Assembly: GCA_951406725.2 (NCBI GenBank)
Contig: OX597814.1
Span: 61,256,001-61,320,000, forward strand
DNA from: Octopus vulgaris
Taxonomy: Eukaryota
Length of the DNA stretch: 64,000 bases
Direction: 5' to 3'
Position numbers and translations under genes: made by a program. Positions 50,091 through 63,529 of this stretch are shown in pieces; within the stretch, counting starts at the first letter, position 1, and each line of letters begins with the position of its first letter. The notes beneath the pieces are model-generated. The model made no database searches. It saw only the letters and a list, made by a program, of their open reading frames with translations, and had not been told where the DNA came from.

Positions 50091-51306
50091 TATTGGGTCA
50101 CCTCATATATAATGCAGTATTTTTATACTCCTTTTATTTTTCAAAATTAAGATAAAGTTCTTTTTTAATCTATAATATACTCTCCTTCATTTTCTACAAT
50201 GCTCTTCCATCTAACAGGTAAACTTGCAAGGCCCCTCTTCCAAAATTCACTTGTCTGTGATGAAAAATATTCCTCCAGTACTTTTCTGACCTCATCTACA
50301 AAATTCATATTTTTTCCATTCAAATGATTTTGAAGACTGTGGAATAAATGATAATCAGATGGAGCAATGTCCAACTGCTCCAACTTTTGGAATGTTATTC
50401 TCATTGTATGTGGCTGAGCATTATCCTGATGGAAGAACACCTTTTGTCTTGAAACCAAAGATGGTTGTTTTTCTTCTAACACCAACTTAAGCTGTTTAAG
50501 CTGCTCACAGTAGATCTCATTTGTTAGTGTTTGTTTTGGATTTAAAAGTTCAAAGTGAACTAAACCTTTCATATCCCACCTAACAGAAAGCAACACCTTA
50601 TGTGGGTGAAGACCTTCTCTAGCCTGAGGTATCGGTGTTCCTCCTTTCCCTACCCACTGTCTTCGGTGCTTGACATTTTTATAGAGGATCCATTTCTCAT
50701 CACAAGTCACTATTCAGTCCAAAAAAGGTTCATTTGTGAGACGTGACAGCAAAGAAGAGCACACATTCACTCTCTGCATGCGATTAGACTCAGAAAGTTT
50801 GTGAGGAACCCATCGACTCAATTTGCTGACTTTTCCAGTGGCACGCAAGCATCAATGAATCCAAGCTTCTCTGTTAGTTCCTCAATAGTTACAATGGGAT
50901 TTTGTTCCACCAGGGTTTGCAGGATGTCTTTGTGCTCTATAGATCTTCCAGGACAAGGCTCATCTTCTAGGCTGTTGTTTCCAGCTCAGAATTTCTGGAA
51001 CCACCACTGACACTGGCTTATGTTTATTGTCCAATCCTCATATACTGTATTAATATTCCTTGCACTTTCCATTGCACTGTTACCTGTATTGAACTCATAA
51101 AGCAAAATATGCCGAATATGTTCCTGTGTCACTTCCATTATAGCTTTGAAAAAATAACTGTTAAAATCAAACTGCACTCATCAAAACTTGAATAAGAACA
51201 AGGTAAAATTACTACATGCTTTCATAGCAAGTTGATGCCGGTGGTTTCCTATCCCTCTCTGACTTTTAGTTCATGCAGTTGAAAAAATGGCATTATCTAT
51301 GGGATG

Positions 51307-51314
<8 letters not shown>
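50091..51314 (-). mobile_element. Near full-length mariner (SETMAR/Hsmar1-like), defective
   Basis: TIRs GGGTCA(C/T)C..CATA.ATAATG; HIRHILLYEF, WFQKF, WVPHKL, TCDEKWILY, FHQDNAQPH, DIAPSDYHLF; frameshifts and loss of the HPPYSP segment. Confidence 0.92.
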
Positions 51315-51351
<37 letters not shown>

Positions 51352-52172
51352 ATGTATATATATATATGTATGTATGTATGTACGTACATATGTATGTATG
51401 CATGCATATATATTATGTGGTAATGCTTTAACAAGTAGAAAAGCACTCAATCAGCCAAGAGAGTAAAGATAATCTTAAACTAAAAACCACAAATCTTGCA
51501 ATAATAGCTACCCATGGTTTCCTTGTTGAAATGATAATTCATTCCACCATTTATCAAACTGAAAACAAGACCATTTGTCAATTGCCTTTTGAGCAGATGA
51601 CGTTATCTTCCTAAGTCACATAGACTCATAAGGCCAGTTTCTTGGTTTCTGAAGCATATATATTCCCCATTGGATGGGATGCTGGTCCATCACAGAAATA
51701 CTCATTTTTGCCAGCTAAGTGAACTGGAGCACTGTGAAATAAAGTGTTTTGCCAAAGAACATAACACATTACTCAATTCAGGAATCAAAACACCAAGCTA
51801 CATGCCTCCATGCTTCCACTATGTGTATGTATATCATCATCATCATCATCAATATATATAGGTGTCATGTAAAAAGCACCCAGTAAATATGCATTGTAAA
51901 GTGATTGTCATTAGGCAGGGCATCCAGTTGTAGAAACCATGCCATAGCAGATAATAGAGTTTCGTGTAGTCCTCTGGCTTATCAGCTCCTGTTAAACTGT
52001 CCAACCCGTAGCACCATGAAAGATGGATGTTAAATGATGAAAAGAACAGTATGTACATATATATGTATACGTGTATGTGTGTATTACTATTGATAACAAA
52101 GATGGTAGTAGCAGCAGCAGTGGCAACAATAATAACAGCAATTATAAGAAGGGAGAAGAAATACAAGTAACT

Positions 52173-53045
52173 TACAAGGCAGTATCAAAGAGTTCCTGAA
52201 GTAGTTATGTTTAATAAAGAAATAACTTATTTACAGAAGTTTTAACATCAACTCCTTCAAAATAGTCACCTTGTGCAGCAATACACTGGTCCTAGTGTTC
52301 TTGCCACTTCTGAAATCCGGCCTGGAAGTTGTTTTCCGTAAGTGAGTCAAGGACCTCCTGTGATTCGCTCTTGATTTCAACAATGGTGTTAAAACAGTAG
52401 CCTTTGAGCTGCATTTTCATCTTGGGGAAGAGATGGAAGTCTGCAAGTGCCAAATCTGGCGAATAAGGCAGGTGTGGAAGTGATAGCATGCTGTTTTTGG
52501 CAAGAAATTCATGAGTGAGGAGAGCTCAGTGACAGGGTGCAATCTAGACATTTGGATTGCCTGTACTCACCGATACAACAGACCAGCAGTGTTGTCAATT
52601 GTCCTCTGGTGATCATTACGCACAAGTTGATAAATTTTCTTCACATTTCCAGGGGTGACACTTGTGGTAGGTCTTCCAGATCACTCATCATCTTCCAAGG
52701 ATGTTTCTTCTGCTTTTGAAGCACTTGTCCCACTTGAAATATTGTGCCTCATTGCCGTAATCTTGCTGAAGCATGCTCAATGTCTCTGTAGTAGACTTCC
52801 CAAGTTCAACACAAAATTTCAAGTTGTCTCTTTGTCCCAACTTCCTGTCCATGATAAACATTGCAGACTACAGCATACACGTGATCACAAAAACACAAAT
52901 TTCACAACTTGAGAAGTAAACACAGCAATATCACCGGCCACACTGCCTCATGAAGGTCATTGCCAGCTCTCATTGCACACACAACTGTGTGCTGCCACCT
53001 GTTGGTGCACTACAGAGCTAGTCTGGGAACTTTTTGATACATGAA
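52173..53045 (-). mobile_element. Mariner deletion derivative (different subfamily)
   Basis: HLPYSPDLALADFHLFPKMK; TIR-like GTATCAAAGAGTTCC / GGAACTTTTTGATAC. Confidence 0.8.
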
Positions 53046-53095
53046 TGGCAATGAAAAATAAAGAAAAAGAGAGAGAAAAACAGAAAATCTGTGCA

Positions 53096-53138
<43 letters not shown>

Positions 53139-54452
53139 AAGGCAATCCAAAACAGATCTGGTGAGAAATTGTTCAAATGAAACATAAGAATATTCGGTTA
53201 CACAGATGGATCTATAAGGGATCACAAATCATGAAGAGATACTGCATTACACAACTATGTAATGGAGAAATAAAAAGAGAAACAAAATGTTATGATGATG
53301 ATGATGATGACGACGACGACATTGTAACTGAAAAAACAGTTGGTTCAACTTTGGTTGTATTTGATATTTCATGACTGTAAAACCACAATAAGCATGAAGA
53401 AAAAAAGAAACAGAGCATGAAGAAAAAAAAAACAAGAGTTAAATCATTATATATTTCAAATTTATGTGACATTAAGGTATAGGATTACAAATGATATGGT
53501 TATAAGTTGAAGATCTTACTAGTAAAAAAAAACTTATAGCAATTTGCTCTAGTTTACCAGCCTAACAAAATCAAATTTCTTACTTCTACTCACAAATATT
53601 AAAAAAAAAAATTAAAATGCAACAAGAACAACAAAACCTATGCCATGGAAAGTTCAAGTAAAACAGTAACTTAAAATATCACGAGATAACAACTTGTATT
53701 TATGAAAGCAAAGATTTAAGTACAAAGTTAAATGACTATAGTTCAAAATAGTTGTATAAAAAAAAAAATCAGGCTTTTACTAACTGGTGCATACAAAAAT
53801 AATTAAATGAATTACTTATCTCAGTCACATGAGATAAAGTAAAGAAAAAAATAGAAAATATGAAATAAAAAGCAAACATCTGAATCCACCTCCACTTATT
53901 ATTTATTTTTTTAATATAACCAGGAAACAGGAAAGGCAACTAGTAATGAATATGGAGGAGGAGAGTTGAGTAAAATTGTGCCAAGCAATACACATGAAAG
54001 GAATAAGAGGAAGACATGAGCAGAGATGAGTGGTGGTGAGGGGTGAAAGCTGATCTGAAAGGCTGAACCTTACAAAGGAAACGATAGTGGACACCAACAA
54101 ATGGTGAGACACTGTGCTAAAGATCTAGCCAACCCATGAAAATATCGGAAAGCAAACACAGACTGATGACAATGATGATGATATTAGTGGTAGTAGTGGT
54201 GACAATGATGATGATGTCAATTTTCACAGGTTGATGATATATGATGAAAATGCTTTGTCATCATCATCATCAACATTTAACGCCCATCTTCCATGCTGGC
54301 ATAGGTTGGAAGGCTTGACAGAAACTGGCAAAGCCAGGGGCTACACCAAATTCCATAGTCTGTTTCAGCTCGGCTACCAGCATCAGTGCTTTTTACATAG
54401 TACCAGCACCCACACCAAAACTTTTTACATGGCACTTTGGTTTTAGGATCTA

Positions 54453-54660
54453 GGCGCAATGGCCTAGTGGTTAGGGCAGCGGACTCGCGGTCGCAGGATC
54501 GCGGTTTCGATTCTCAGACCGGGCGTTGTGTGTGTTTATTGAGCGAAAACACCTAAAAGCTCTACGAGGCTCCGGCAGGGGGTGGTGATCCCTGCTGTAC
54601 TCTTTCACCACAATGGCGGTGCCCCAGCATGGCCACAGCTCAAGAGCTGAAACTGGAAAA
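54453..54660 (+). mobile_element. tRNA-derived SINE family C head (CpG-rich) joined to a family-A-like tail; second copy at 60601-60850
   Basis: TGGCCTAGTGG A box, GGTTTCGATTC B box; body shared with 60601-60780. Confidence 0.7.
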
Positions 54661-54675
54661 ACAAAAACAAACAAA

Positions 54676-54764
<89 letters not shown>

Positions 54765-54816
54765 GACAGAGACAGAGAGAGAGACAGAGAGAGACAGAGA
54801 CAGAGACAGAGAGAGG

Positions 54817-55682
54817 TAGGGGTGATGGGTAAATTGTTGCCATTTTATATTTTTAATTTCACATATGAGCAGTGATTGTTTTTGATTCTGTCAACTACAC
54901 ATTATAGTAGGGTCAGTTGGCCACTGTCTATGAGAAAAACAGCACCAAGACACATTTCACTCTGCCAGAAATTTGGAAATGATATGCTGTACTGCTTGGC
55001 ATTCACACTGGAAGCTCCAATACAAACATTTCAGAGTGTTTGGGTGTCAATCTGAGGACATGTACTGATAGTGTTAAAAATCAAACATCCAGTCAAAATC
55101 ATGGTGTTTGGAGTGATCAGAAGTGACAGCAACGTTATGCCTCCATTCATCTTCCCACATGGCTTCAGACAAAACGAGGATGCCTACATCTAGTGCCTGG
55201 AGGAGGTAGTGCTGATCTGGGTCAAAAGGGTGGCTGCTGGGAGACCCTATGTCTAGCAACAGGACTTTGCACTATGCTACCCAAGCAGGAGAACCCTGTC
55301 ATGCCTGTCAGACATTTTCTGCAACCACATCACTCTTAACATGTGGCTGTCTAACTCCCCAGACTGCAACCCTTTTGATTATTATGTGTGGGGCGCAGTT
55401 GAACAAGAGACCAACAAAACTCCTTGTAACACCAAAGATGAACTGAAGGCAAGGATTATGGCAGCATTCACCAACTTAAAGAAAGAGACCGTCCAGAAGA
55501 GTTGCAGGAGATTCCAAAGTCATCTGGAGGCCGTGGTTGAAGCCAATGGTGATTTTATTGAATAAATTTACTCTTTAGTATTTCAAGATATTTTAAAGTA
55601 ATTTTGGTAAATATAACTGTTAAAGTGAGATGTCAGTGTCATTTTCATTTTTGCATAATTTAGACGACAGTTTATTCAATGC
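54817..55682 (+). mobile_element. maT/DD37D-like deletion derivative, inverted relative to 49225-50082
   Basis: WLSNSPDCNPFDYYVWGAVE...EANGDFIE; same ends and a similar internal deletion junction. Confidence 0.85.
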
Positions 55683-57044
55683 ATATATATATATATTCCA
55701 TTTCTATAACATGTCCATACAGGACACTAATCAAACTCTTTCTTAATTTACATACTTTCAGCACTTTTTATTATTTAACACTGCATACCCAACAGACCAT
55801 GTTTAATTCGAATCATTACCTTCATATTTTTTACATTATTACATTTTCTGTAGGTCTTACATTGTCTGCCATATATATATATATACACACAGTGAAAAAT
55901 AAACCCCTAATTGTCAACAACAGTAATCATACTTTAAATGCCTTCCAGCACAACTCCTTCAACTTAAGCTGCTATGCTATCACTACGCATACCTGCCAGG
56001 TAACAGAACTTATTGACAACTTCCAATGAGCCATGTGAATATTTCATGGTTGTTATAGTTACCTGAGTGCAGCTGGTGCACTATCATCATAAATCAATAA
56101 GCATTTCTATTAGTTTTATTTTGTTTTACTTGTACATTGTGCTGTTTACTTTATTTTGGATATTTAACATCCAGCGGAGAATAAAACTTCTGGAGAGGAT
56201 GTTACCTACAACACACTCACAAATGATTAAACATCTTGTGGAATTCATGTAGAACTGAGAAAGCCTCTACATGTTGCTCAACCAACTAGAAATAGCAGTC
56301 TCATTTCTTTCAAAACATACCCCATCCTACAATTTTAAAAATGCAAAGAACACATTTGATAATGTATGCCTGGAATGTCTGTGATTAGATGTTTGCACAC
56401 TCAAGGTTGACATGGGCTTAAAAAACATTTCATGCAAACAAATTCACACACCACAATTCAAGAATGATTCCAATATTTAAAAAATACCTTTTTCATAAAG
56501 ATAAATACAACATGGTCTTAACTGAAATGTCATTGATCCTAAGTCTGCTCAATCAAGGCTGACTTCAAAAATTGGTTGTTAGTCTCAGATGAATCCTGAT
56601 TGAACAGATCAATAATCCAGTGTTTCAGCCACGACTAGTTTCTGTACTTCCTTGTACATTAAGAACTATATTATTTAATGATTTTTTTTCTTTTTTGCTT
56701 GGCAGGCCATAATGAACCCAGATTATGTTACAATAGAAAGTTACATTACTTTTCAGGAGTGCACACAACTAATTTTATTTTAATTTAAGCTACTTGCTAT
56801 TAAACTGTAACTAAGCAAATTAAAATGCATCTACAGACAACCACAAGCACAAATGTGGCTGTGTGGTCAAGAAGTTAATTTTGAAACTACATGGTTTCAG
56901 GTTCAGTCCTATCACATGCAGCACCTTGGCTAATTGTGTTCCATTACATGCCCAGTCCAACCAAAGTATTGTGAGAAGAAAATGTGAGGAACATTAAACG
57001 TGTTTGTGTGTGTGTGTGTATGTGTGTGTGTGAGAGAGAGAGAG

Positions 57045-58310
57045 AAAGTTGGCTATGGGTCAGTGATGAATTTAGTGTATAGGTAGGTCTCCACCAAAAG
57101 TTGGTCTTCCGTCCCCTCTCCATCGTCCTTCAGGCCCTAACAAAGTACTTTAAGACTGGAAGCCCATGAGAACTACTACTATATGCTGATGAACTTACCC
57201 TCATAACAAAATCTGTAACAGAATTAGAAAAGAAATTTTTAGATGTGGAAACAGAACCTGGAATCCAAGAATCTTAAAGTAAACTTAGCAAAGATCAAGG
57301 TCCTAGTAAGTAAGAAATCAGACAGGACCCTTCCAGTAAATGGCCCAACTTGATGCGTAGGAAGGATGTGGGTAGAAATCCCATTTGGTATACCCAGTGC
57401 AAGGTATGAAAACACAAGAGATGCACTGGACTATTAGGAAGGTTATCAGAGAAAGTAATGTTTGCATGTAGAAGATGTATGGAAGCCATAAAAACCACAG
57501 ATACAAGGGAAACTGATTTCCAAAAAAATGTCCAGGTGGCTCTCTGGAAGTTATAGATAATTTTTGTGACCTAGGTGACCTAATTAACAGTGGATAGGAT
57601 TGTACAGAATCCTATAGGACTGTATTGTTAGAATAAGAATAGGATAGGGAAAGTTCAGAGAGCCTTTACTTCTGTTGGCAACCAAAATTCTCTCTCCAAG
57701 TGAAGGGAAGATTGTATGATACTTGTGTATGAGATGTGGGATTTGAATGCAGAGGACATGTGAAGGCTGGGGAAGAATGAAACTGGTATGCTTTGCTGGA
57801 TGTCTGATGTCAGTGTGACAAAGCGCTGGTGTATTGAGAGAGAAGTTGGGCATAAGAAGAAATATATGCAGTGTGCAAGAGAGGAGACTGTTCTGGTTTG
57901 GTCATGTAAAGTAGATGGATGAGGACAGTTGTATTAAGAAGTGCTGATCAATAAAAGTGGAGGGAAGATGTGGAAGAGAGAGGCCCAGGAAGACATGGGA
58001 TGAAGTGCTGAAGGCCGATTTCAAAATACTGAGCCTTATGAAGATGACATAAGACCAAGATAAGTGGCGCATTGCTGTATGCAAGAAGACCTGCCCACCA
58101 CAACAGAATGGAAATCCGAAAACCAAGGTTCCACATAATAAGCATTGGTGTGGGTGCTGGTGCCACATAAAAAAACACTGGTGCTGATGCCACGAAAAAA
58201 GCACTGGTGATGGGGCCACAGAACTTGGTGTGGCTCCTAATTTTACCAGTTCCTGTCAAGCCATCCAAACCAGCATTGAAAGCAGACATTAAATGTTGAT
58301 GATGATGATG
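57045..58310 (+). mobile_element. Degenerate RTE LINE (RT to 3' end)
   Basis: LHQ..VFRPL, ELLLYADEL, LKVNLAK, RPRKTWDEV segments with many stops. Confidence 0.8.
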
Positions 58311-59644
58311 ATGAGGGGGGGGGCATAAGCATGGCCATGCAGGTAAGAAGTTTGCTTCCCAACAACGCAACTTCAAGTTCAGGCCCACTGCATGGCAAAT
58401 TGTCTTCTACTATAGCCTTGGACAGACAAAAACCTTGTGAATTGATTTGGTAGAGAGAAACTGAAAGTAGCCTGTTACATAATCATTTTAACATCCATTT
58501 TTCTATGCTTGCATGGGTCAGATGGAGTTTATTGAAGCAGAGTTTATATGGGCAGATGCCCTTCTTGTTGCCAACTCTCACCTGTTTCGAAGCAAAGTAA
58601 TCTTTACCCAACACACACACACACAACAGGCTTCTTTCAGTTTCCATCTACCACATTCATTCACAGGGCTTTGGTTGGCTTGAGGTTATAGAAGACATTT
58701 GCCCAAGGTACTGCACAGTGGGACTGAAACTGGAATCATGTGGTTGGGAAGTAAACTTCTTACCACACAGCCATATCTGTGCCACCATGTGTGTGTGGGG
58801 GGGGGTATGAGTAGGTATATGTATGTATCTATGTGTACATCTCCTTGCTTTGACGTTGATAGTTGTAATCAAGTGCCATTGTCATGCTAGCAGTGTGCTT
58901 TGTGTCCAATCTTGAATGAAAACATGTCAGATCATTGGGAACTATTACCTTACTTGGAATCAGGTCAGGGTTAGCAACAGGAAAGGCATCCAGCTATTGG
59001 AACATTCATCTCCACAAATTCAATCTGACTCCTGTGAGCAGAGAAAAGTGGGTGTTAAAATGATGATGATATAGATCACTCTCTCACTGTATCGATTAAA
59101 CTCTCAGATGTTGTTATACATCACTGATCACAATGCACTTCCAATTCTTTCTTGGTTATGCCATTCTTTTCTATCTTGGCCCAAATCATTTAACTGAATC
59201 GTTTCTCCATCATTATGGAGGATTTCCAAGTGGTCTTTCTTTGAGCCATTGGATACCGTTTGGCAACTGCACAGGTCTACATGTTGTCTGTGTAACTTGC
59301 ATCATGTCTGGTCCAGCAAAATTTATGCTTTTGGTATTCTGTAATCATGTTGTTCACTTTGCCCTGTTCTTGCTTGAATTTTCTCATTTCAGATATAGTC
59401 TCACAATGATATTCTTAGCATGTGTGAGTGTATATGTATGTGTGTCCTTATGTCTGTCCTACCAACACCACCACTTGACAACTGGTGTTGGTTTCTTTTC
59501 CAACCCCTTAACTTAGCAGTTCAGCATAAGACACCCTAGTACAAAAAACAACTACTGGAGTCAGTTTGGTCATCTAACCCTACAAGGTGGTGCACTAGCA
59601 TGGCTGCAGGACAGTGACTGAAACAAGTATATATTTTTTTATTT

Positions 59645-60510
59645 ACTAGCAAAATTATTTGATTTGAGATATTTTGAAATACAACCTGCTACTTTCTGAA
59701 AATTTTATGCTACTCAAAAAAATTTTTCCCTACAAATTTCTTTATAATTGTAATCTATGCCATTTGAAAGGTATTTGTATAAACTTTCATTAAAAGACAC
59801 CCATTTTTCTGACAGTCATGAGGGAAAAAATTGGATCGTGTGAATTTTCTGAAAGTCCTCTCCCCACCCCCAGTTCGTTTGCACAAATTTTGGTTTTCAG
59901 ATTCGTTTACAACACATTTTTTGACACCTGTTATACTTCTTTTCTATTTCGGTGGCCAGGTGTTAAACTAGATATTAATCTTTTTTTCTTTTTAAGCCAC
60001 ATAGAAAAATTGAGATTACATATCTTAAACAATTTTTTAAAAAAACTTTTCTTAAAGAAACACTCAAATCCCAAAAAAAGAAACACTCAACCTCCAACCA
60101 TCACCTCTAAATGTTTCACTTTTAACTCTTTTGAAATCAGGAAAGTTTTTCCAGAAATAATGTCATTTAACTGTTGTTTCTAGCATGTTGGTTTTTCTGG
60201 TGGTGGGCTGATATTTATAACATCTATTTCGGTAGAATTCTATGCATGTGTGAAACATCTGACAAAAGTGAAACATTCGGAGTTTTTAGCTTTTTGAAAG
60301 TGGGGAGGTGATGGGTGGGCTATGTGGGGGAAGGAGCATTGAGTGTTTCTTTAAGAAAAATTAAAATTTCTAAAAAATTCCTAGATTCATAATCTCTATA
60401 TTTTTCTCTGTGGATTAAAAAAAAATGTGAAAAAAGTTTAAAATTAAGAAATTGGGGATAGGGGGAATTAAATTTTGAAAACATGAATTTTGCGCAAAAT
60501 CCAACAATGT
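59645..60510. mobile_element. Palindromic (foldback-like) non-autonomous DNA element
   Basis: Perfect 21-bp inverted repeat 60047-60067 / 60339-60359 within longer decayed arms (about 59980-60110 / 60300-60430); family not identified. Confidence 0.5.
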
Positions 60511-60849
60511 GTCCAACTGGCAGAAACTGTTTCTGTTCCCCTGCATCTCTCTCCATGTGCACAATGTGAAATCAGGCTCCCTTACATCCTCTCTCAGTGG
60601 AGGCACATGGCCTAGTGGTTAGAGCAGTGGACTCATGGTCAAGGGACCATGGGTTCGAATCTTAGACCGAACGATGTGTGTGTTTATGAGTGAAACACCT
60701 CAGCTCCATGCAGCTCTGGCAAAAGGTGATGGCGAACTTCTGCTGACTCTTTTGCCACAACTTTCTCTTACACTTTCCTCCTGCATCTTGCAGCTCACCT
60801 GCGACGGACCGGCGTCCCATCCAGGTGGGGAACCTATACGCCAAGGAAA

Positions 60850-62480
60850 CCTCTTTTTCAGTGACCAAATCATCACCTCCATCTCAGGAGTTCAACAGGG
60901 GCAACTCACTCAGGCCTGCTCTTGTCACACTGGTCATTGATGACATCACGAAGATGAGCATTGCACTGGACTGCAAAGTCTAGTATCTTGATGATGTTTG
61001 TTTGGGGAACCTCCAGACTGGGTTTTTGCCATTGCAAACATGATGGTTGGGGAGCTTGGCCACTGGGGTCTCCAAGCTCAACATCAACCAACTATTGACC
61101 TTTTTGCAGAGTCCTTCCCTTCCATTGCAGTCTCTCCCCCATTGGCTTGGTGCTCTCTAGGTGCTCCGATCACTGACCTTGCCTTTGAGTCCATCTTCCA
61201 GTCAAAGGTGGCTGCCCTTGAGCAATTGCTGAAAAATATTGAAGCTATCAAACCCCATCAAGGTTTTTTCATACTTAGGAATTACTTTTTGATCCCTTAA
61301 GCTTCTATATTTGCTCAGAGACAGCTAATCTTACCGATTCCCATTGTGCCTCCAATGCTTCGACAACCTAATCTTTGAGGCTCAAATGCTTAATCAGGCT
61401 GCACTTCCCAAGTGATTTGGAGGTCTTGGTCTTCGTAAATGTTCGTCCCTCTCTCTCCCCTGCTTCTTTTCTTCCACCTATGCCTACTCCACACTAGTGA
61501 GCAACATCCTCTCCTCTCTAACATGGACCAGTTCCAACAGGGAGTTGGATGAAGCTCTCCAACACTGGAGGGAATTAGGCTTGTCTGCTCCTGAGAAAGT
61601 GGAGGACTGTCAGAGTCAGAAAGCTTGGAACAACATAATTTCAAAGGCCATCTTCGACTCCCTCTTCATCCAGTCGGACCAGTTTTCAAGGTGCCACTTA
61701 CTGTCTGCTAGCACCAAATACTCAGGTGATTGGATTGATGTCATCCCTGTGGCTAATGTCGGTGGCCTACTCAGCTTGGACGAACTTCGTGTTCCCTTTG
61801 CCTTTAGAGTGGGAGCTGACGTATGCACGGGTTTGATCTGTTGTTCTGGCAGGCTCCTCGACTCCACAGGCCTCTATGGCCTTTCTTGCCAGCTGAATGC
61901 TGGTCACTTCGCATGTCATATGGAGTTGAACCTGATACTCAAGAGGAGCTTGACCCAGGCAAACATCCCCTCCATCTTGGAACCATCTGAATTGTCCAGA
62001 TGTAATGGGAAGAGACTTGACGGCCTCACCCTGTGTCCCTGGTCGCAAAGCAGATGCCTTGTCTTGGATGTCACAGTTAGCGACTCCTTTGCTTCTTCTC
62101 ACAATCTGGATGCTGTAGTCAGGGCAAGATCCACAGCTTCTGCAGCTGAGCAGAACCAAATCCTGAAATACGACGATCTGTCAGCCAACTACATTTTCCA
62201 TCCTGTGGCATTCAAGACGTTTGGTGGGGTCATATCACTGACTGCGAGATTCCTGTCTTCACTAGCAACTCGTCTTGCAGAGGTAACTGGTGAGGCTCAT
62301 GAGGGTGCTTAGCTGTTCCAGCGTATCAGCCTTGCCATCATCCGCAGCGACGCTGTGAGTATGCTGGCGTCTCAATAGCCATTAGAAAGGTTGCCCAGCG
62401 CCCCCAACTTTTCAACCCAAGGTGGTGAATTTCGTTTTTTTTTTTTCATTTTTTCTCTCTTTTCTTTCTCTTTTTTCTTT
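60850..62480 (+). mobile_element. CRE-clade non-LTR retrotransposon (RT plus restriction-like endonuclease), 5'-truncated, defective
   Basis: SISGVQQG and YLDD RT motifs; decayed CCHC; GKRLDGLTLCPW..CLVLDVT, AE..LKYDDL..YIFHPVAFKTFGG; stops and frameshifts. Confidence 0.85.
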
Positions 62481-63443
62481 TTAATTTTTTCAATTGTGCT
62501 CTCTGTTTTGTCCAGTTTTCTAGTTTGATTTTGTAAAACGGTAAACACTGTGAAGGCAATAAAAAATTCCCTATCCTCCTGAATCAAAAACAGAAATCCG
62601 AAAAAAATTTTAGAAAAACAAAAACACCAGAAATGGGTGTTGTACACGCTCTTTACCTTCGCCCATTAACACCTCCCCGCCGGCACAGAACTTTTTAAAA
62701 AATGTCGAATGTCTCTCCAATAAGCCTCGCATATAATTTCTTAGACCTTCCCCCTTACTGGTATGATATTGAGATAAACCGAGGGTAACTTTCTGGTGTC
62801 AGTAAAAGTTTCGTACAAGAGTGTGTTGATCTCCAGTTGGTGCTGAAGTTCTCCTTAACAGCCAATACTATTCTGGTTATATTAATCTGAAGACAGACTA
62901 AAAAAATACCTCACTTAAATTATTAAACTACTGTTTTCCTAAAAGTACATATATGTGCTTGGAAGAAGGAAAGGCTGGGTGCAGCTTTCTTGTTCCTTTT
63001 CTATTTACCGCTCTTTCGTATACGTTGTCTTTCTGATTTTGTTTTTTATTATTTCTAACAAGGACGAACTATTAAAGACCGAAATAAGTGAATAAGCGCC
63101 AAAGTAAATATCTTAAGACATTAATTTCTTCTCTCACTTTTCAGGTTCAGATTTCAGCTAGGTCTACTCCTTCAATCATTCTTTCGCAATCGTAACCTAG
63201 ACTTAACAGAAAAGTGACTTTTCAGAAATACAGAAATAAAGTGAATAAGCAAACATTAATATTCATATAAATATATAATTAATTATTCGTTACATTAATC
63301 AGTTGTCTAGTTGATTTTGTTATTAAAGGAAGTAAACATTATAATTACAATACACGCACATACAAACACGGATGTACATACAAATATACATACAAGTGGA
63401 GAGGTGTATGTGCATGCACGTGGAATAATAAAATGGTACGAAC

Positions 63444-63506
63444 CTGGCTAAAAACGGGAACAATTGAAAGCGACAATAGCAAAGACGTTAGGATTATTGC
63501 AGTCAT
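63444..63506 (-). CDS. GLB1: GLB1-like exon 1, signal peptide MTAIILTSLLLSLSIVPVFSQ
   Basis: ATG in gaaATGA context with an in-frame TAA upstream; hydrophobic signal peptide with VFS-Q cleavage-like end; CAG|GTTCGT donor in phase 0, matching exon 2; locally CpG-richer DNA. Assigned by fit rather than homology. Confidence 0.8.
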
Positions 63507-63529
63507 TTCGGAGGAATATCGAATACCAT
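63503..63529 (-). promoter_or_regulatory. Candidate uORF MVFDIPPK* whose TGA overlaps the main ATG (ATGA)
   Basis: Minus strand reads ATG GTA TTC GAT ATT CCT CCG AAA TGA; the main ATG is 63506-63504. TSS unknown. Confidence 0.45.
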
